A stretch of DNA of 63,868 bases, counting the filler, from Octopus bimaculoides (taxonomy: Eukaryota), in the NCBI RefSeq assembly GCF_001194135.2. It is 8 parts of 6 records of this genome, joined end to end, with 100 filler letters (N's around TTAATTAATTAA, not from the genome) between each part and the next. Parts side by side here need not be neighbours in the genome. Positions count along the whole stretch, not along the records: positions 23,948 to 38,006 come from NC_069008.1; 7 more parts are not named here. One strand, given 5' to 3'. The position numbers were made by a program, and so were the translations under genes. Numbering within the stretch: the first letter of the stretch is position 1; the number at the start of each line of letters is the position of its first letter. Of this stretch, positions 25,402-37,660 are shown piece by piece. The notes under the pieces are model-generated. The model was not told the DNA's origin. It searched no databases and saw nothing but the letters and a program-made list of their open reading frames with translations.

Positions 25402-26230
25402 AGTATATGCACTTATTTGTGTGTATGCATCTGTATCTATGCAAATATGTGGCTGAGTGCNNNNNNNNNNNNNNNNNNNNNNNNNNNNNNNNNNNNNNNN
25501 NNNNNNNNNNNNNNNNNNNNNNNNNNNNNNNNNNNNNNNNNNNNNNNNNNNNNNNNNNNNNNNNNNNNNNNNNNNNNNNNNNNNNNNNNNNNNNNNNNNN
25601 NNNNNNNNNNNNNNNNNNNNNNNNNNNNNNNNNNNNNNNNNNNNNNNNNNNNNNNNNNNNNNNNNNNNNNNNNNNNNNNNNNNNNNNNNNNNNNNNNNNN
25701 NNNNNNNNNNNNNNNNNNNNNNNNNNNNNNNNNNNNNNNNNNNNNNNNNNNNNNNNNNNNNNNNNNNNNNNNNNNNNNNNNNNNNNNNNNNNNNNNNNNN
25801 NNNNNNNNNNNNNNNNNNNNNNNNNNNNNNNNNNNNNNNNNNNNNNNNNNNNNNNNNNNNNNNNNNNNNNNNNNNNNNNNNNNNNNNNNNNNNNNNNNNN
25901 NNNNNNNNNNNNNNNNNNNNNNNNNNNNNNNNNNNNNNNNNNNNNNNNNNNNNNNNNNNNNNNNNNNNNNNNNNNNNNNNNNNNNNNNNNNNNNNNNNNN
26001 NNNNNNNNNNNNNNNNNNNNNNNNNNNNNNNNNNNNNNNNNNNNNNNNNNNNNNNNNNNNNNNNNNNNNNNNNNNNNNNNNNNNNNNNNNNNNNNNNNNN
26101 NNNNNNNNNNNNNNNNNNNNNNNNNNNNNNNNNNNNNNNNNNNNNNNNNNNNNNNNNNNNNNNNNNNNNNNNNNNNNNNNNNNNNNNNNNNNNNNNNNNN
26201 NNNNNNNNNNNNNNNNNNNGTATATATATA

Positions 26231-26581
26231 TCCTGTAAGTAATAATAATGGTATTTTTATCTAAGCTTAAAGCTTATTGCGATCACCATGCAATGACTAA
26301 CGAAAATCGTCTAAATAAAAGGGGCATATAAGCCCTCAACAGAAAAAAGAAGGCTCTCCTATCCGCATGGGAGTCAGCGGCTGATTCGCTGGTGTAAAGG
26401 TAACACACTTAGTCGCGTTAACAAAGGGATGTGGTTTTGACTCCCATGCAGATGGGAAAGCCTTGTTTCTTCTGTCAAGGGCTTATGTGCCCCTTTATTA
26501 GACTATTTTCCTTAGTCATTGCACGGGGGTCGCCATAAGCTTTAAGCTTATATAAAAATACCATTATTATTACTTACAGGA
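26231..26581. mobile_element. MITE/foldback, ~148 bp arms, ~60 bp spacer
   Basis: tcctgtaagtaataataatggtatttttat...gcatgggagtca pairs with tgactcccatgc...ataaaaataccattattattacttacagga. Confidence 0.85.
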
Positions 26582-27010
26582 CTTTTTAAAACGGCGCCGT
26601 ATAAAAAAAACTTTTCATACCGAAAGCATATATATATATATGTATATATATATGAAGTATTATTTATCCACACTTAAAAGTGGGTGTATTAGAACATAAG
26701 ATATCGTATATTCACCAAGAGAAGATGTCTCATGTGAATACATGTTGCATATAAGCTCTCGTGTCAATTCCTGATGTGGGATAACCTAGCAAAGCTGAAA
26801 TCCTTGTGTTCTGGTAATCCTGGCAACAACAGCGACGACTGTCTCCCGCGAGCAATGTAAATAAGAGTGCTTGTATGCATTGGAAGTCCTTATGAGAAGT
26901 CCTCTCGTGGTAAGTATTGCAGTATTCCGAGTTCTAACACAACAGCCACTTTTAAGTGGAGATGAATATTACCTTATTTGGTAGTGATACTGCTTCTGTT
27001 GCAGCTAATT

Positions 27011-27061
<51 letters not shown>

Positions 27062-27815
27062 CAATTTATGTTGCAAGATTCCTGGTGCGAAATTGTGTTG
27101 AAACAGATATTGTTGTATTTCGGGAGGGTCATTTCCCTTTTTTCTTTGCTTTGCCAAATAAACACACACATACACACAAAAACAAACATATGCACATATA
27201 CGTGTGTGTGTGTGTGTGTGTGTGTATTATTCATTCGAAGGTGAGTCAACAAAAGCCACAAACTGGAGACCCTTGCTCCCGGTCAAACAAACAGACAACT
27301 GGAAACAAGAAATCTCTCAGGAAAGACTCGAGAGACCTATGACTCATGACTCCTGCAGAATCAGCTAGGAATAAATGAACAATTAGTCCACCTGTTCCGT
27401 CAGCAGTGAGGACTTCTTTTGCTTTCCATTTCTGTCGAATACAATTCACACCAGTGACACTGCAATGCGCTACAAGGAAAGGAAATGTCTTCGATTACGA
27501 CTCAGTTTCGTGTTACCAACTGTGCAAGCATTTTAAACAAGAGAAGCAGTGTAACATTGTCTAAGCAAATATATTTGTGCGCGCACACTGATATGCATTC
27601 GGTTTCATCTGGTACTTCGGGTTACAACAACGCTGGGGGAGCAGGTTTCAAATCATATAAGAATCATATTGCATTTTAGAATCGTGTTAAACAGAGAAGT
27701 AAGATGTTTGGTCACGGCTCAACATATTTGATTGCATAAAGCACAGAGTGTGCAGTAGATGCACCCCAATTTTAGCAATCCACACCCAGGAGATAAAGTT
27801 TTTGGAGCATTAAAT

Positions 27816-28180
27816 CATCATTGAACGTCCGTTTTCCATGCTGGGATAGGGTGACAGTTTCACAGCAGTTGGCAAGGCCGGAAGCCACACTAGGCTCCTG
27901 TGTCAGGTTTGCTATGATTTCTATGGCTAGGAGGCACTTCATAACATCAACCAGTTTACAGAGTGTACTGGGTGCTTTTCACATGACACCAACACTGGTG
28001 AGGTCGGTTTTGGCTTGGTTTTTACAGCTGGATACCCTTCCTAAAACCAAACACTTTACAGAATGTACTGGGCACTTTTTACATGGCCCCCAGCACCAAT
28101 GCCTTTTATGAGGCACCAGCAGCCATGTTCTTTTATGTGGCACCAACACCAGTATTTTCTATGAGATACCATCACCAGAT
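27816..28180 (-). mobile_element. RTE-type 3' UTR or RTE-dependent SINE tail
   Basis: catcattgaacgtccgttttccatgc...gggtgctttt...cagctggatacccttcctaa is reverse-complementary to the sequence following the RTE ORF at 36600-36855; internally repeated gcacca/acacca modules. Confidence 0.7.
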
Positions 28181-28202
28181 ATATGATGTGTCTTTGTGTT
28201 TC

Positions 28203-28358
28203 TCCCTCACAACCACTTGACAACTGGTGTTGGTGTGTTTACATCCCTGTAAGTTAGCAGTTCGGCAAAACAACTGACAGAATAAGTACCAGGTTTCTTC
28301 GTGATGGTACCACAGCATGGCCACAGTCTAGGGACTGAAACAAGCTGAAGATAAAAGA
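28203..28358 (+). mobile_element. SINE family B 3' half
   Basis: ccacttgacaactggtgttggtgtgtttac...ttagcagttcggcaaaa...cagcatggccacagtctagggactgaaacaag. Confidence 0.8.
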
Positions 28359-28991
28359 TAGCTTCTGCGAATGGGTGAACCAGCAACTTATCGCAACCCA
28401 GATCAAGACGAGGAAAAGGGGCCGGCTGGGACACACTTTATGGAGACCTGTTTCCGACATGACAAGGTAAGCCCTCTGATGGACACCTAAAGGGTGACCT
28501 TTCCCCGAATGACATGGGAAAGCAAAAGGTTGTGATCGGTTTAAAAACAATATTTGTGGAATTCCCACAAGACCAACAAATGAAATGGGGAAAAACTATA
28601 GCTTGAAACTGCCATTTTTACATGTATCACTAGAAGTATTATCTTGACAGTTTCCTGACAATATTTTAAAATATATCTAACAGTAAGAGAGGAAACACAA
28701 AACTCATAGAATTGGCAATTTAGGAGCCTTCCACTCATAATATATCAAGAAAACCCTTTCCATACAAACACAGATACACACACACACACATATGTAATAA
28801 TGAAGTGGTATTGAACCAGTGTATGTGTTACTATTATTGGTGTGATGATCCTCCCAACACACAAGCTTTCTTGCAACACATGAATTCACATCAAGAATCT
28901 TGCAAACCAAATATATAACTGAAATATATATATGTATGTATATATTGGTTATGTATTTGGGGTGTATATATATATATATATATATACACAA

Positions 28992-29048
<57 letters not shown>

Positions 29049-29303
29049 TGTATATATGTACATGCATGTGTGTGTGTGTGTTTGTGTACCATAATTTGCC
29101 TGAGGGCCTTCTGCACCCACAAATGAGTCACAGGATAGGAAGAGACCGATTCAACTAAAATAAAATATATTGTTAATCTCCATTATGGCATCAAGTATTC
29201 TCTTTTCCAACATTCAACACTAAACATACATACATATATATATATATTACAAATGTTTGCTGATCCCTTAATTATGTTTATATATATATATATATATATA
29301 TAT

Positions 29304-29596
29304 TTCTTTTGTGGGTTAACAAGGCTACAAATGGTCTGATGTAAAGAGAGATTTCTACAATTTTCAAACATATCACATTGGGATGTTGGCGCTTGTCTCC
29401 ATTTTGGACAAGAATATACACAGTTAGACAAAAATGTAGAGGATTTGGAAATAAAATAAAAACGGATCATGGGAGGTAACTTATAAGGGAATCTTGTCTC
29501 CCTTCTATTAACCCTGGAGTTTTGCAATGAACTGTGCACTAACGATAGATTCTCTATATGAAACCCTTGGTAGTCTTGTTAATCCACAGATAAAGA
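29304..29596. mobile_element. MITE-like element with imperfect TIRs
   Basis: gtgggttaacaaggctac pairs with gtagtcttgttaatccac; weaker pairing continues inward. Confidence 0.55.
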
Positions 29597-29669
29597 TTAT
29601 TTATACACTAATTCAGTGTCAAGCGCTCACTCTCACTGTTTTACATTAGAATGTATATGTAACTTAAAC

Positions 29670-30070
29670 AACAACTACAAGTGCTCAACATATACAACAA
29701 AAACGGCAATAAACAGCAATAATGAGAAGCATCTACAACAAAAACAACAACAATGAAACACCAACAACAATAACGATGATGATATAAACAACAAGAGTGA
29801 AAATAATGACGAATGACGAAAATCACGCTGGTGAAACAATAACAGTAATTGACGACGACAACGGGGGTTATGGTTAACATCAACAATAACAACAATAATG
29901 ATAAGGTCAACAAATGTAAACAAGAATGACAAAAGGAATGATAATAATGACAACAACAACAACAACAACAACAATGAAACCAGCTAAATAACAACAATAA
30001 AAACAATATAGAAACGACGATGAGAATGAAGATGACAGCAACAACAACGGAAACAACAACAAACACAGAA

Positions 30071-30125
<55 letters not shown>

Positions 30126-30230
30126 GACGACACCAATATCAAAAATGACGAAAACAACAAGGAAATGAGAACAACAAAGACGATTATTAAGGATAATAAC
30201 AAGAAGTATGAAAACAAAATAAACAAAAAA
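29670..30230. repeat. A-rich trinucleotide low-complexity tract ((AAC)n, (AAT)n, (GAC)n)
   Basis: Directly visible; includes a long (AAT)n at ~30072-30124. Confidence 0.9.
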
Positions 30231-30251
30231 AGATAGGTGCAAGGGGTGTGT

Positions 30252-30390
30252 GTGTGCCGTAGGAAGATTACTTCCCAGCCACATGGTCTCTGGGTTCAGT
30301 CCCACTATGTGGCACTTTGGGCAGGTGTCTTCTACTACAGCCTCGAGCCAGCCGTGAATGGATTTGGTAGATGGAAACTGAAAAGCCTCT
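30252..30390 (+). mobile_element. SINE family B head
   Basis: ttcccagccacatggtctctgggttcagtcccactatgtggcactttgggcaggtgtcttctactacagcctcg...gaaactgaaaagcc. Confidence 0.85.
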
Positions 30391-30582
30391 TGTGTGTGTG
30401 TGTGTGTGTGTGTTTTAGTGTGTGTATGTATATGTGTGTGTGTGTGTGTGTATAAATGAAGTATAAAGAAAGGAAAAATTGTAGGTGTAGACAATATTTA
30501 ATTCATAATCCAGGTTGGTACAGAAACAAAAGACATTCTACAAATTGTTTGACAGCCCTGTGAAGGATTTCGGTCCTCACCT

Positions 30583-30621
<39 letters not shown>

Positions 30622-31249
30622 NNNNNNNNNNNNNNNNNNNNNNNNNNNNNNNNNNNNNNNNNNNNNNNNNNNNNNNNNNNNNNNNNNNNNNNNNNNNNNN
30701 NNNNNNNNNNNNNNNNNNNNNNNNNNNNNNNNNNNNNNNNNNNNNNNNNNNNNNNNNNNNNNNNNNNNNNNNNNNNNNNNNNNNNNNNNNNNNNNNNNNN
30801 NNNNNNNNNNNNNNNNNNNNNNNNNNNNNNNNNNNNNNNNNNNNNNNNNNNNNNNNNNNNNNNNNNNNNNNNNNNNNNNNNNNNNNNNNNNNNNNNNNNN
30901 NNNNNNNNNNNNNNNNNNNNNNNNNNNNNNNNNNNNNNNNNNNNNNNNNNNNNNNNNNNNNNNNNNNNNNNNNNNNNNNNNNNNNNNNNNNNNNNNNNNN
31001 NNNNNNNNNNNNNNNNNNNNNNNNNNNNNNNNNNNNNNNNNNNNNNNNNNNNNNNNNNNNNNNNNNNNNNNNNNNNNNNNNNNNNNNNNNNNNNNNNNNN
31101 NNNNNNNNNNNNNNNNNNNNNNNNNNNNNNNNNNNNNNNNNNNNNNNNNNNNNNNNNNNNNNNNNNNNNNNNNNNNNNNNNNNNNNNNNNNNNNNNNNNN
31201 NNNNNNNNNNNNNNNNNNNNNNNNNNNNNNNNNTATATATATATATATG

Positions 31250-31375
31250 ATGGGTTTCTTTCAGTTTCCGTGTATAAAGTCCACTGGCAGGCTTTGGTCG
31301 GCCCAAGGTGCCACGCAGTGGGACTGAACCCGGAACAATGTGGTTGGTAAACAAGCTTCTTACCACACAGCCACG
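31250..31375 (-). mobile_element. SINE family B head with internal deletion
   Basis: ttctttcagtttccg...ggctttggtcggcccaaggtgccacgcagtgggactgaacccggaac...ttaccacacagccac. Confidence 0.85.
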
Positions 31376-31675
31376 TTTGATGATTATGGTGATATACTGC
31401 GTGTGTGTGTGTATATATGTGTAGTTATGCCTATATGAATGTATGTGAACAAATGTGTGTATATATATATATACACACACACACATCTATGCAGATATTT
31501 ATACATATATATATTATACATACATACCTACACACACCACACACACAAATATATATTATATACACCCACACGCAACCATGTGGGTGTTTATTTCCCCCAT
31601 AATTTCGAGAGATGTGCGGAAGGGGTGTTTATTTATGGGGTAACCTGTAGGGAGTTTGTCAAATAGCAATGTACG

Positions 31676-32500
31676 GGAGGGAGGGAGAGAGAGAGAGAGA
31701 GAGAGGGAAGAAAGTAGCTGAGAGAAAGAACGAGAAACGGAGAAAGAAATGAGAGAGAGAGAAGATAAAAGGATGAGAAATAGAAGGGAGGAGGCGAGGA
31801 GGGAGAAAGAGTAAGAGTAGAGAGGGAAGCTGAGACAGAAGACGAGAAACGTAAGCTAAGAGAGAGAGGGGAAGGAAGGAAATGTAGAAAGGGTGAGTGA
31901 AAGACAGGGGGATAGTAGGAGAAAAGAGAGATGGTATGTGTGTGTACGAAGAAGCTGTAAGAGATTGAAAGGTGAAAGAGAGAGAGAAAGAAGCTGAGAG
32001 TAAGGACGAACAACAGAAGGGAAAAGAGAGGGAAGGGGAGGCGATGAAAGAGAGGGGGGAAGACGCTGCAAGAGAAGAGAAGGTAAAGCAGAAGACTGAG
32101 TGAGAGAGAAAGGATGACAACTATGAAGGGAAGAGACGAAGGAGGAGAGAGAGATGAGAAGATAGAAAGATGTGCTGAGAGAGGGGGAAAAAGAGAAATG
32201 GTAAGGGTTGAGAGTAGAGCTTAGTTAAGAGAAGGAGAGGGAAGCAGAACAACAGTGGATGAAATGAAGGGGAGGAAGATGATAGACGTTGAATTGGGGG
32301 AAGGAAAAGAGAGTGGTAGTAGTGGGAGGGAGAAACATATCGTGGAGAGAGGAGGATGTCACAGAAACAAGGGGAGATGAAAAACTGCGTGAAGAAGGGG
32401 AGGAAGATAAGACAGACAGGAAGAGAGAGAAGGGGTAAGAGTAAATAAAACGGGAGAAAGAGTGAGAGGGGTAAGAAAGAGAAAGAGTAAGAAAACAGTG
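31676..32500. repeat. polypurine (GA-rich) low-complexity tract
   Basis: About 820 bp almost entirely A/G on the + strand. Confidence 0.9.
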
Positions 32501-32688
32501 AAAACATACACACACACACACATATATATATACATATACACGCACACATGCATTGATATGTTATAAAAATGTGTATAAATGTGTGTATGTATGAGTGTGC
32601 GTGTGTCTGTATGTATATATAGATTTAATGCATTTTTGACCCTTATTTTCCGATATACACACAGGTATATATTCACACAAATGAAAGA

Positions 32689-32721
<33 letters not shown>

Positions 32722-33859
32722 NNNNNNNNNNNNNNNNNNNNNNNNNNNNNNNNNNNNNNNNNNNNNNNNNNNNNNNNNNNNNNNNNNNNNNNNNNNNNNN
32801 NNNNNNNNNNNNNNNNNNNNNNNNNNNNNNNNNNNNNNNNNNNNNNNNNNNNNNNNNNNNNNNNNNNNNNNNNNNNNNNNNNNNNNNNNNNNNNNNNNNN
32901 NNNNNNNNNNNNNNNNNNNNNNNNNNNNNNNNNNNNNNNNNNNNNNNNNNNNNNNNNNNNNNNNNNNNNNNNNNNNNNNNNNNNNNNNNNNNNNNNNNNN
33001 NNNNNNNNNNNNNNNNNNNNNNNNNNNNNNNNNNNNNNNNNNNNNNNNNNNNNNNNNNNNNNNNNNNNNNNNNNNNNNNNNNNNNNNNNNNNNNNNNNNN
33101 NNNNNNNNNNNNNNNNNNNNNNNNNNNNNNNNNNNNNNNNNNNNNNNNNNNNNNNNNNNNNNNNNNNNNNNNNNNNNNNNNNNNNNNNNNNNNNNNNNNN
33201 NNNNNNNNNNNNNNNNNNNNNNNNNNNNNNNNNNNNNNNNNNNNNNNNNNNNNNNNNNNNNNNNNNNNNNNNNNNNNNNNNNNNNNNNNNNNNNNNNNNN
33301 NNNNNNNNNNNNNNNNNNNNNNNNNNNNNNNNNNNNNNNNNNNNNNNNNNNNNNNNNNNNNNNNNNNNNNNNNNNNNNNNNNNNNNNNNNNNNNNNNNNN
33401 NNNNNNNNNNNNNNNNNATATATATGTCTGTGTGTGTGCATAAATGATGGAAAACATAGTATGTATGTGAATGTATATGTATATTAAATGAAAAATGTTA
33501 AAAGAAGAGGAAGAAGAATGAAAGAAAGAAACGATAGAAGAACGAAAGGAAAAAGGAGGGAAGAAGAAGAATGAGACGGGTGGAAGGAGGAAAAAAGAGA
33601 AGCCAAGTTGACCCAGACAATCTGACCTAGATTCATGTTTAAAGAGGACTTTTTCAGCCTGGCAAAGCAGGCACCGAGTTGGTTTATTGAGGTGGGAGAG
33701 AAAGAAAGAAAGAATGAAAGAGAACGAAGAAAGAAGAAGAAGAATAATAAACGCGTGTGTGCATGTGGTTTTTGTCTCTTTCTGTCTTATGCTGCTATGT
33801 TGCTACTTCATGATGTATATATATATATATATATATGAGGTTATATATGAGTGTGTGCG

Positions 33860-34430
33860 TTATTTTCTATTTACCTATCTGTCTATCAATTAATCAATCT
33901 ATCTCTTATATATATTTGTGTGTCTGTGTGTTCTATCAATTTATCCATCTACCTACCTGTCTATGTCTGTCTCTAGTAATTCATCCGTATCACTATTTAT
34001 CTATTTACCTATCTGTCTGTCTATCTCTCTACCTGTGTCTATCTATCCATCCACCCGCCTGTCTATATATTTATCCATCTATCTATCTATCTATCTATCT
34101 ATATATGTGTTTGTCTGTCTATCTATCCATCCAACCATCCGTCCGCCTATCTGTGTATATATTTATCCATCTATCTATTTACCTGTCAGTCTGTCTATTT
34201 CTCGATCTCTCTCTACCTATGTCTGTCTATCCATCCATCCATTCACCTGTCTATCTATATATTTCTCCATCTATCTACTTACCTGTCTGTCTATCTCTCC
34301 ATCTTTCTACCACCTATGGTGTCTATCTACCTATCCATCCACCCGCCTGTGTCTACCTACCTACCTATCTATCTATTTATCTATCATTACCTGTCTATTT
34401 ATCTCAGTCTCTTTCTCTATCTCTCTCTGG
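33860..34430. repeat. degenerate (ATCT)/(ATCC)/(GTCT)n tract
   Basis: Directly visible; purer (ATCT)n/(CTTT)n at 41130-41270 and 41520-41580. Confidence 0.9.
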
Positions 34431-34625
34431 ATTGTCAATTATGAGAACAAAGGTGGGAAATTCCTTGTAGTAATTCTTTTTGCGCCCTTGTACGTTCAGT
34501 TTAAATCGTGTTCAGAGTCAATAAAATTTATGTACCAGTTATGTACGGAGGAAAACTGTATCACGGCAACTGACCTCACAAAATACGTTTATCACACTTT
34601 CTCTCTCGCTCTCTCTCTCGCTCTT

Positions 34626-34661
<36 letters not shown>

Positions 34662-34709
34662 GTACATACAGACACACAAACACACAATCAGAGAAAAAAT
34701 ATTTGACAG

Positions 34710-34860
34710 TATTTATGCTTTTACTGGTTTCAACCATTAGAATGCGGCCATGCTGGGGCATCGCCACGAAGAAATTTCAGTCGAATGAATCGACCCCCCC
34801 GACTACTAATTACTTCGTTTTTTTGTTGTTGTTGTTGTTTGTTTCTTTAAACCTGGTANN
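34710..34860 (-). mobile_element. SINE family B tail
   Basis: ttttactggtttcaaccattagaatgcggccatgctggggcatcgcc...gtcgaatgaatcgacccc. Confidence 0.7.
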
Positions 34861-35207
34861 NNNNNNNNNNNNNNNNNNNNNNNNNNNNNNNNNNNNNNNN
34901 NNNNNNNNNNNNNNNNNNNNNNNNNNNNNNNNNNNNNNNNNNNNNNNNNNNNNNNNNNNNNNNNNNNNNNNNNNNNNNNNNNNNNNNNNNNNNNNNNNNN
35001 NNNNNNNNNNNNNNNNNNNNNNNNNNNNNNNNNNNNNNNNNNNNNNNNNNNNNNNNNNNNNNTAGACACTTTATTTCATGTTGCTCCAGTCCACTCCGGC
35101 TGGCAGAAATTACTTGTACCGGTATTTCACACTGAAATCTCTCAGAGAACTACGTTAAGGGTACACATGTCTGTGGAGTACCCAACCAGTTGCATATTAA
35201 TTTCACA

Positions 35208-35330
35208 AGCTGGCAGAATCATTAACACACCGGCATTAGCGGCATTTTATCAGCCGTTATGTTCTGAGTTCAAATTCTGCCGAGGTCGACTTTGTCTTTC
35301 ATCCTTTCGGGGTCGATAAATTAAGTACCA
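35208..35330 (+). mobile_element. SINE family A, cut off at its 3' side by the HHR-SINE
   Basis: agctggcagaatcattaac...gttctgagttcaaattctgccgaggtcgactttgtctttcatcctttcggggtcgataaattaagtacca. Confidence 0.85.
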
Positions 35331-35439
35331 TTTTGTTTGTTGTTAACACATCGTTTCGGCTGATATACCCTCCAGCCTTCGTCAGGTGTCTTGAGGGAAT
35401 TTCAAACTTGGGTTCCCATTCCTACAGTATTTTTCGACA

Positions 35440-35470
<31 letters not shown>

Positions 35471-35552
35471 CATTATTCAGGTCAGTGCCTGGAATCGAAC
35501 TCGGAATCTTGGGGTTAGTAGCCCGTGCTCTTAACCACTACGCCATATGCCC
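35331..35552 (-). mobile_element. tRNA-headed SINE-like element (family D) with (AAT)n spacer and hammerhead-containing tail
   Basis: Minus strand GGGCATATGGCGTAGTGGTTAAGAGCACGGGCTACTAACCCCAAGATTCCGAGTTCGATTCCAGGC (box A TGGCGTAGTGG, box B GAGTTCGATTCC, anticodon-like loop CT-ACT-AA), then (AAT)n, then HHR at 35345-35390. Confidence 0.85.
35345..35390 (-). ncRNA. type I hammerhead motif, cleavage site mutated
   Basis: GACAC-CTGACGA-A-GGCTG-gagggtatat-CAGCC-GAA-ACGA-T-GTGTT; ACGT changed to ACGA removes U16.1. Confidence 0.7.
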
Positions 35553-35553
35553 A

Positions 35554-35752
35554 TTCGATTCCAGGCAGTTACCTGAATAATGATAATAATAATAATAATA
35601 ATAATAATATCTAAAAATACCTTAGGAATGAGAACCCAGGTTCGAAATTTCCCCAAAACACCTGATGAAGGCTGGAAGGTACATCAGCCGAAACGTTGTG
35701 TTAACAACAAACAAGATGAGGACAAATATCCATCAAATGCAAATAATGTAGT
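35554..35752 (+). mobile_element. inverted, 5'-truncated copy of family D with a longer 3' end
   Basis: Starts within box B (ttcgattccaggc); reverse complement of 35331-35499; continues aacaacaaacaagatgaggacaaatatcc...aaataatgta. Confidence 0.85.
35657..35702 (+). ncRNA. type I hammerhead ribozyme motif (PLE-type minimal HHR)
   Basis: AACAC-CTGATGA-A-GGCTG-gaaggtacat-CAGCC-GAA-ACGT-T-GTGTT: intact core, 5 bp helix I, 5 bp helix II, palindromic ACGT helix III, GUU site. Confidence 0.8.
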
Positions 35753-35859
35753 TTATTAATGTTTTCACACATTAACTTGTGTAGGTTGAACTCTGTAAAA
35801 TCTCAGAAAGAACCCTAACCATTTCTTCCAATACATACATCTAAAACAAATTTTTTTCA

Positions 35860-35972
35860 GGAGCCCTTAAAAATACTACTGTGGGTCCCTAATTTACTAT
35901 TTTGCTGTGTGGACTCCTAAAATCTGAATTGGACCTTCAGGGGTTCATATGGACTCCCATTGAGAACCACTG
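35860..35972. mobile_element. right end of a hAT-Charlie-like element
   Basis: Ends ...ttgagaaccactg (CAGTGGTTCTCAA TIR on the minus strand) followed by atatagaa, an NTNTAGAN-type target; left end not found. Confidence 0.5.
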
Positions 35973-36109
35973 ATATAGAAGAGTATTTAGAAAAGGGCTA
36001 CTAACAGTTTCATGCCGTAGAGAGAATAATTTGGCAGATTTATATAACATGGCATGTGTCTGCAAGCAATCTTTCAGTCTCGCTGCATATTGATACAGCA
36101 TGAAACTAT

Positions 36110-36560
36110 TAGTAGCTCTTGCCTCAGAGAGAAAGGCAGATTGTATGATGCCTGTATATGTACAGGTGTGTTACATGGCAGTGAAACATGGGCTTTGACG
36201 ATAGAGGACTTGTGAAGGTTTGAAAGACATGAAGCTAGGATGCTCTGCTGGATGGGTAATGTCAGTGTGCACATGGGGCAGAGTGTAAATGGTTTAAGAG
36301 GAAAACTGGGTAAAAAAAGGGATCAGATGTTGTGTGCAAGAGAGAAGACTGCGATGGTTTGGTCATGTGATGCGTATGGATGAAGACAGGTGTGTAAAAA
36401 AGTGCCTATCTCTAATTGTGCAGCATACCTGTGGCAGGGGTAGACCCAGAAAGACATGGGACTAAGTGGTGAGAAAGGGTCTTCAGAGGAAGTGATAAGG
36501 GACCAGGAGATGTGGTGATTTGCTGTACTTGGTAAAACGTGTCAAGCTAAGTAAAACATC
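36110..36560 (+). pseudogene. RTE-clade LINE ORF2 C-terminal fragment
   Basis: Translates with stops and frameshifts to SLREKGRLYDAC...LHGSETWALT...RMLCWM...QERRLRWFGHVMRMDEDRCVKK...GRGRPRKTW, hallmark RTE motifs. Confidence 0.9.
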
Positions 36561-36599
36561 CGTCTTCCACATATACAGGTTGGTCCTTTTTCAGGTGAT

Positions 36600-36855
36600 G
36601 GGGTCACATAAAAGTACCCGTGCCAGTGCCCCTTAAAAAGCACCCGTGCTGGTTTTGTATGACTGCACCCATGCCGGTGGTACATGAAAAGCACCCAGCA
36701 TACCCTGTTGAGTGGTTGGCATAAGGAAGGGCATCCAGTAATACAAACCATGCCACAACAGAAAATTCGGGGTCTGGACAACTCTCTGCTAGCCAGCTCC
36801 ATGTCAAATTGTCCAACCCATGCCAGCCTGGGAAATAGACACTAAACAATGATCA
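36600..36855 (+). mobile_element. 3' UTR-like continuation of the RTE element
   Basis: aaagcaccc...gagtggttggcataaggaagggcatccag...gtccaacccatgccagc...acactaaacaatgatcat; homologue on the minus strand at 27816-28180. Confidence 0.7.
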
Positions 36856-37424
36856 TATAGATAATATTCAATATTTCATATATTCAATAAGACAATCAAT
36901 ACTTCATTTCATTTTACTATATATACTATATATTCCATATTCTACATTAATATTATAAGAATATAAATAAAACATGAAAAACAGAGTTGGAATTCTTTTG
37001 AATAATATATTCCTCTATACACGATCATACAAACCCCTTTTATATATATATATATGTATGTATATGTGTGTGTAGCGGTAGTTAGATAGTTGAATGATCT
37101 CCCTTGAAAGAAAGATCATAGAGTAACCTCCCTTTACTAAGTTTCTCGAAGCATCTCTGTCATGAGACATGATTCATAATTATTCAAGAAGCTTAGCGTT
37201 TCTCTTGGAAGCTTCTAGAATGTCTAGCGTTCCATTAATAAAAACAGCTTGCTAGCCCTGCTCTTCGCTTCTTAGTCGATTAGACTCTGAGCCATTCACA
37301 TCATTGCTATGTCCATCTATTTCTCTATTGCCACATGAGTGAAAACCACCACTTAGCTGTTATTTCTACATTTTCTATCTCTGAACTTTCTCGCATGTGA
37401 GAACTTCCTTGCTATACTTTCTCT

Positions 37425-37465
37425 CTATAACACCAGGAACTCTCGAAGAGTTCCTGGTGTTATAG
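37425..37465. repeat. perfect 19 bp-arm hairpin with a 3 nt loop
   Basis: CTATAACACCAGGAACTCT-cga-AGAGTTCCTGGTGTTATAG. Confidence 0.95.
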
Positions 37466-37660
37466 CGAGGATCTGATCAAAGACTTAGCAATTAAAAAAA
37501 AAGTTTGAGAAACCTTTTCAAATAAAAATAAAGTGGAAATATACAAAAATAAACAAAAAATAGGTTTTGATTCATTTTGGAAAATAAATGGTGGCACCAA
37601 ACTATTTTAAGTGCTTAAGGCCTCTATGGGACTTGATACAGCCCTGCATTCAGTGCTGGA

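Noticed and set aside
26860-26915. Strong donor CGTG|gtaagt
   Set aside because: All frames are closed within ~50 nt upstream and there is no good acceptor; insufficient for an exon call
35487-35552. Possible genuine tRNA gene
   Set aside because: No 3' acceptor stem, imperfect anticodon stem, runs straight into the SINE body; treated as a SINE head
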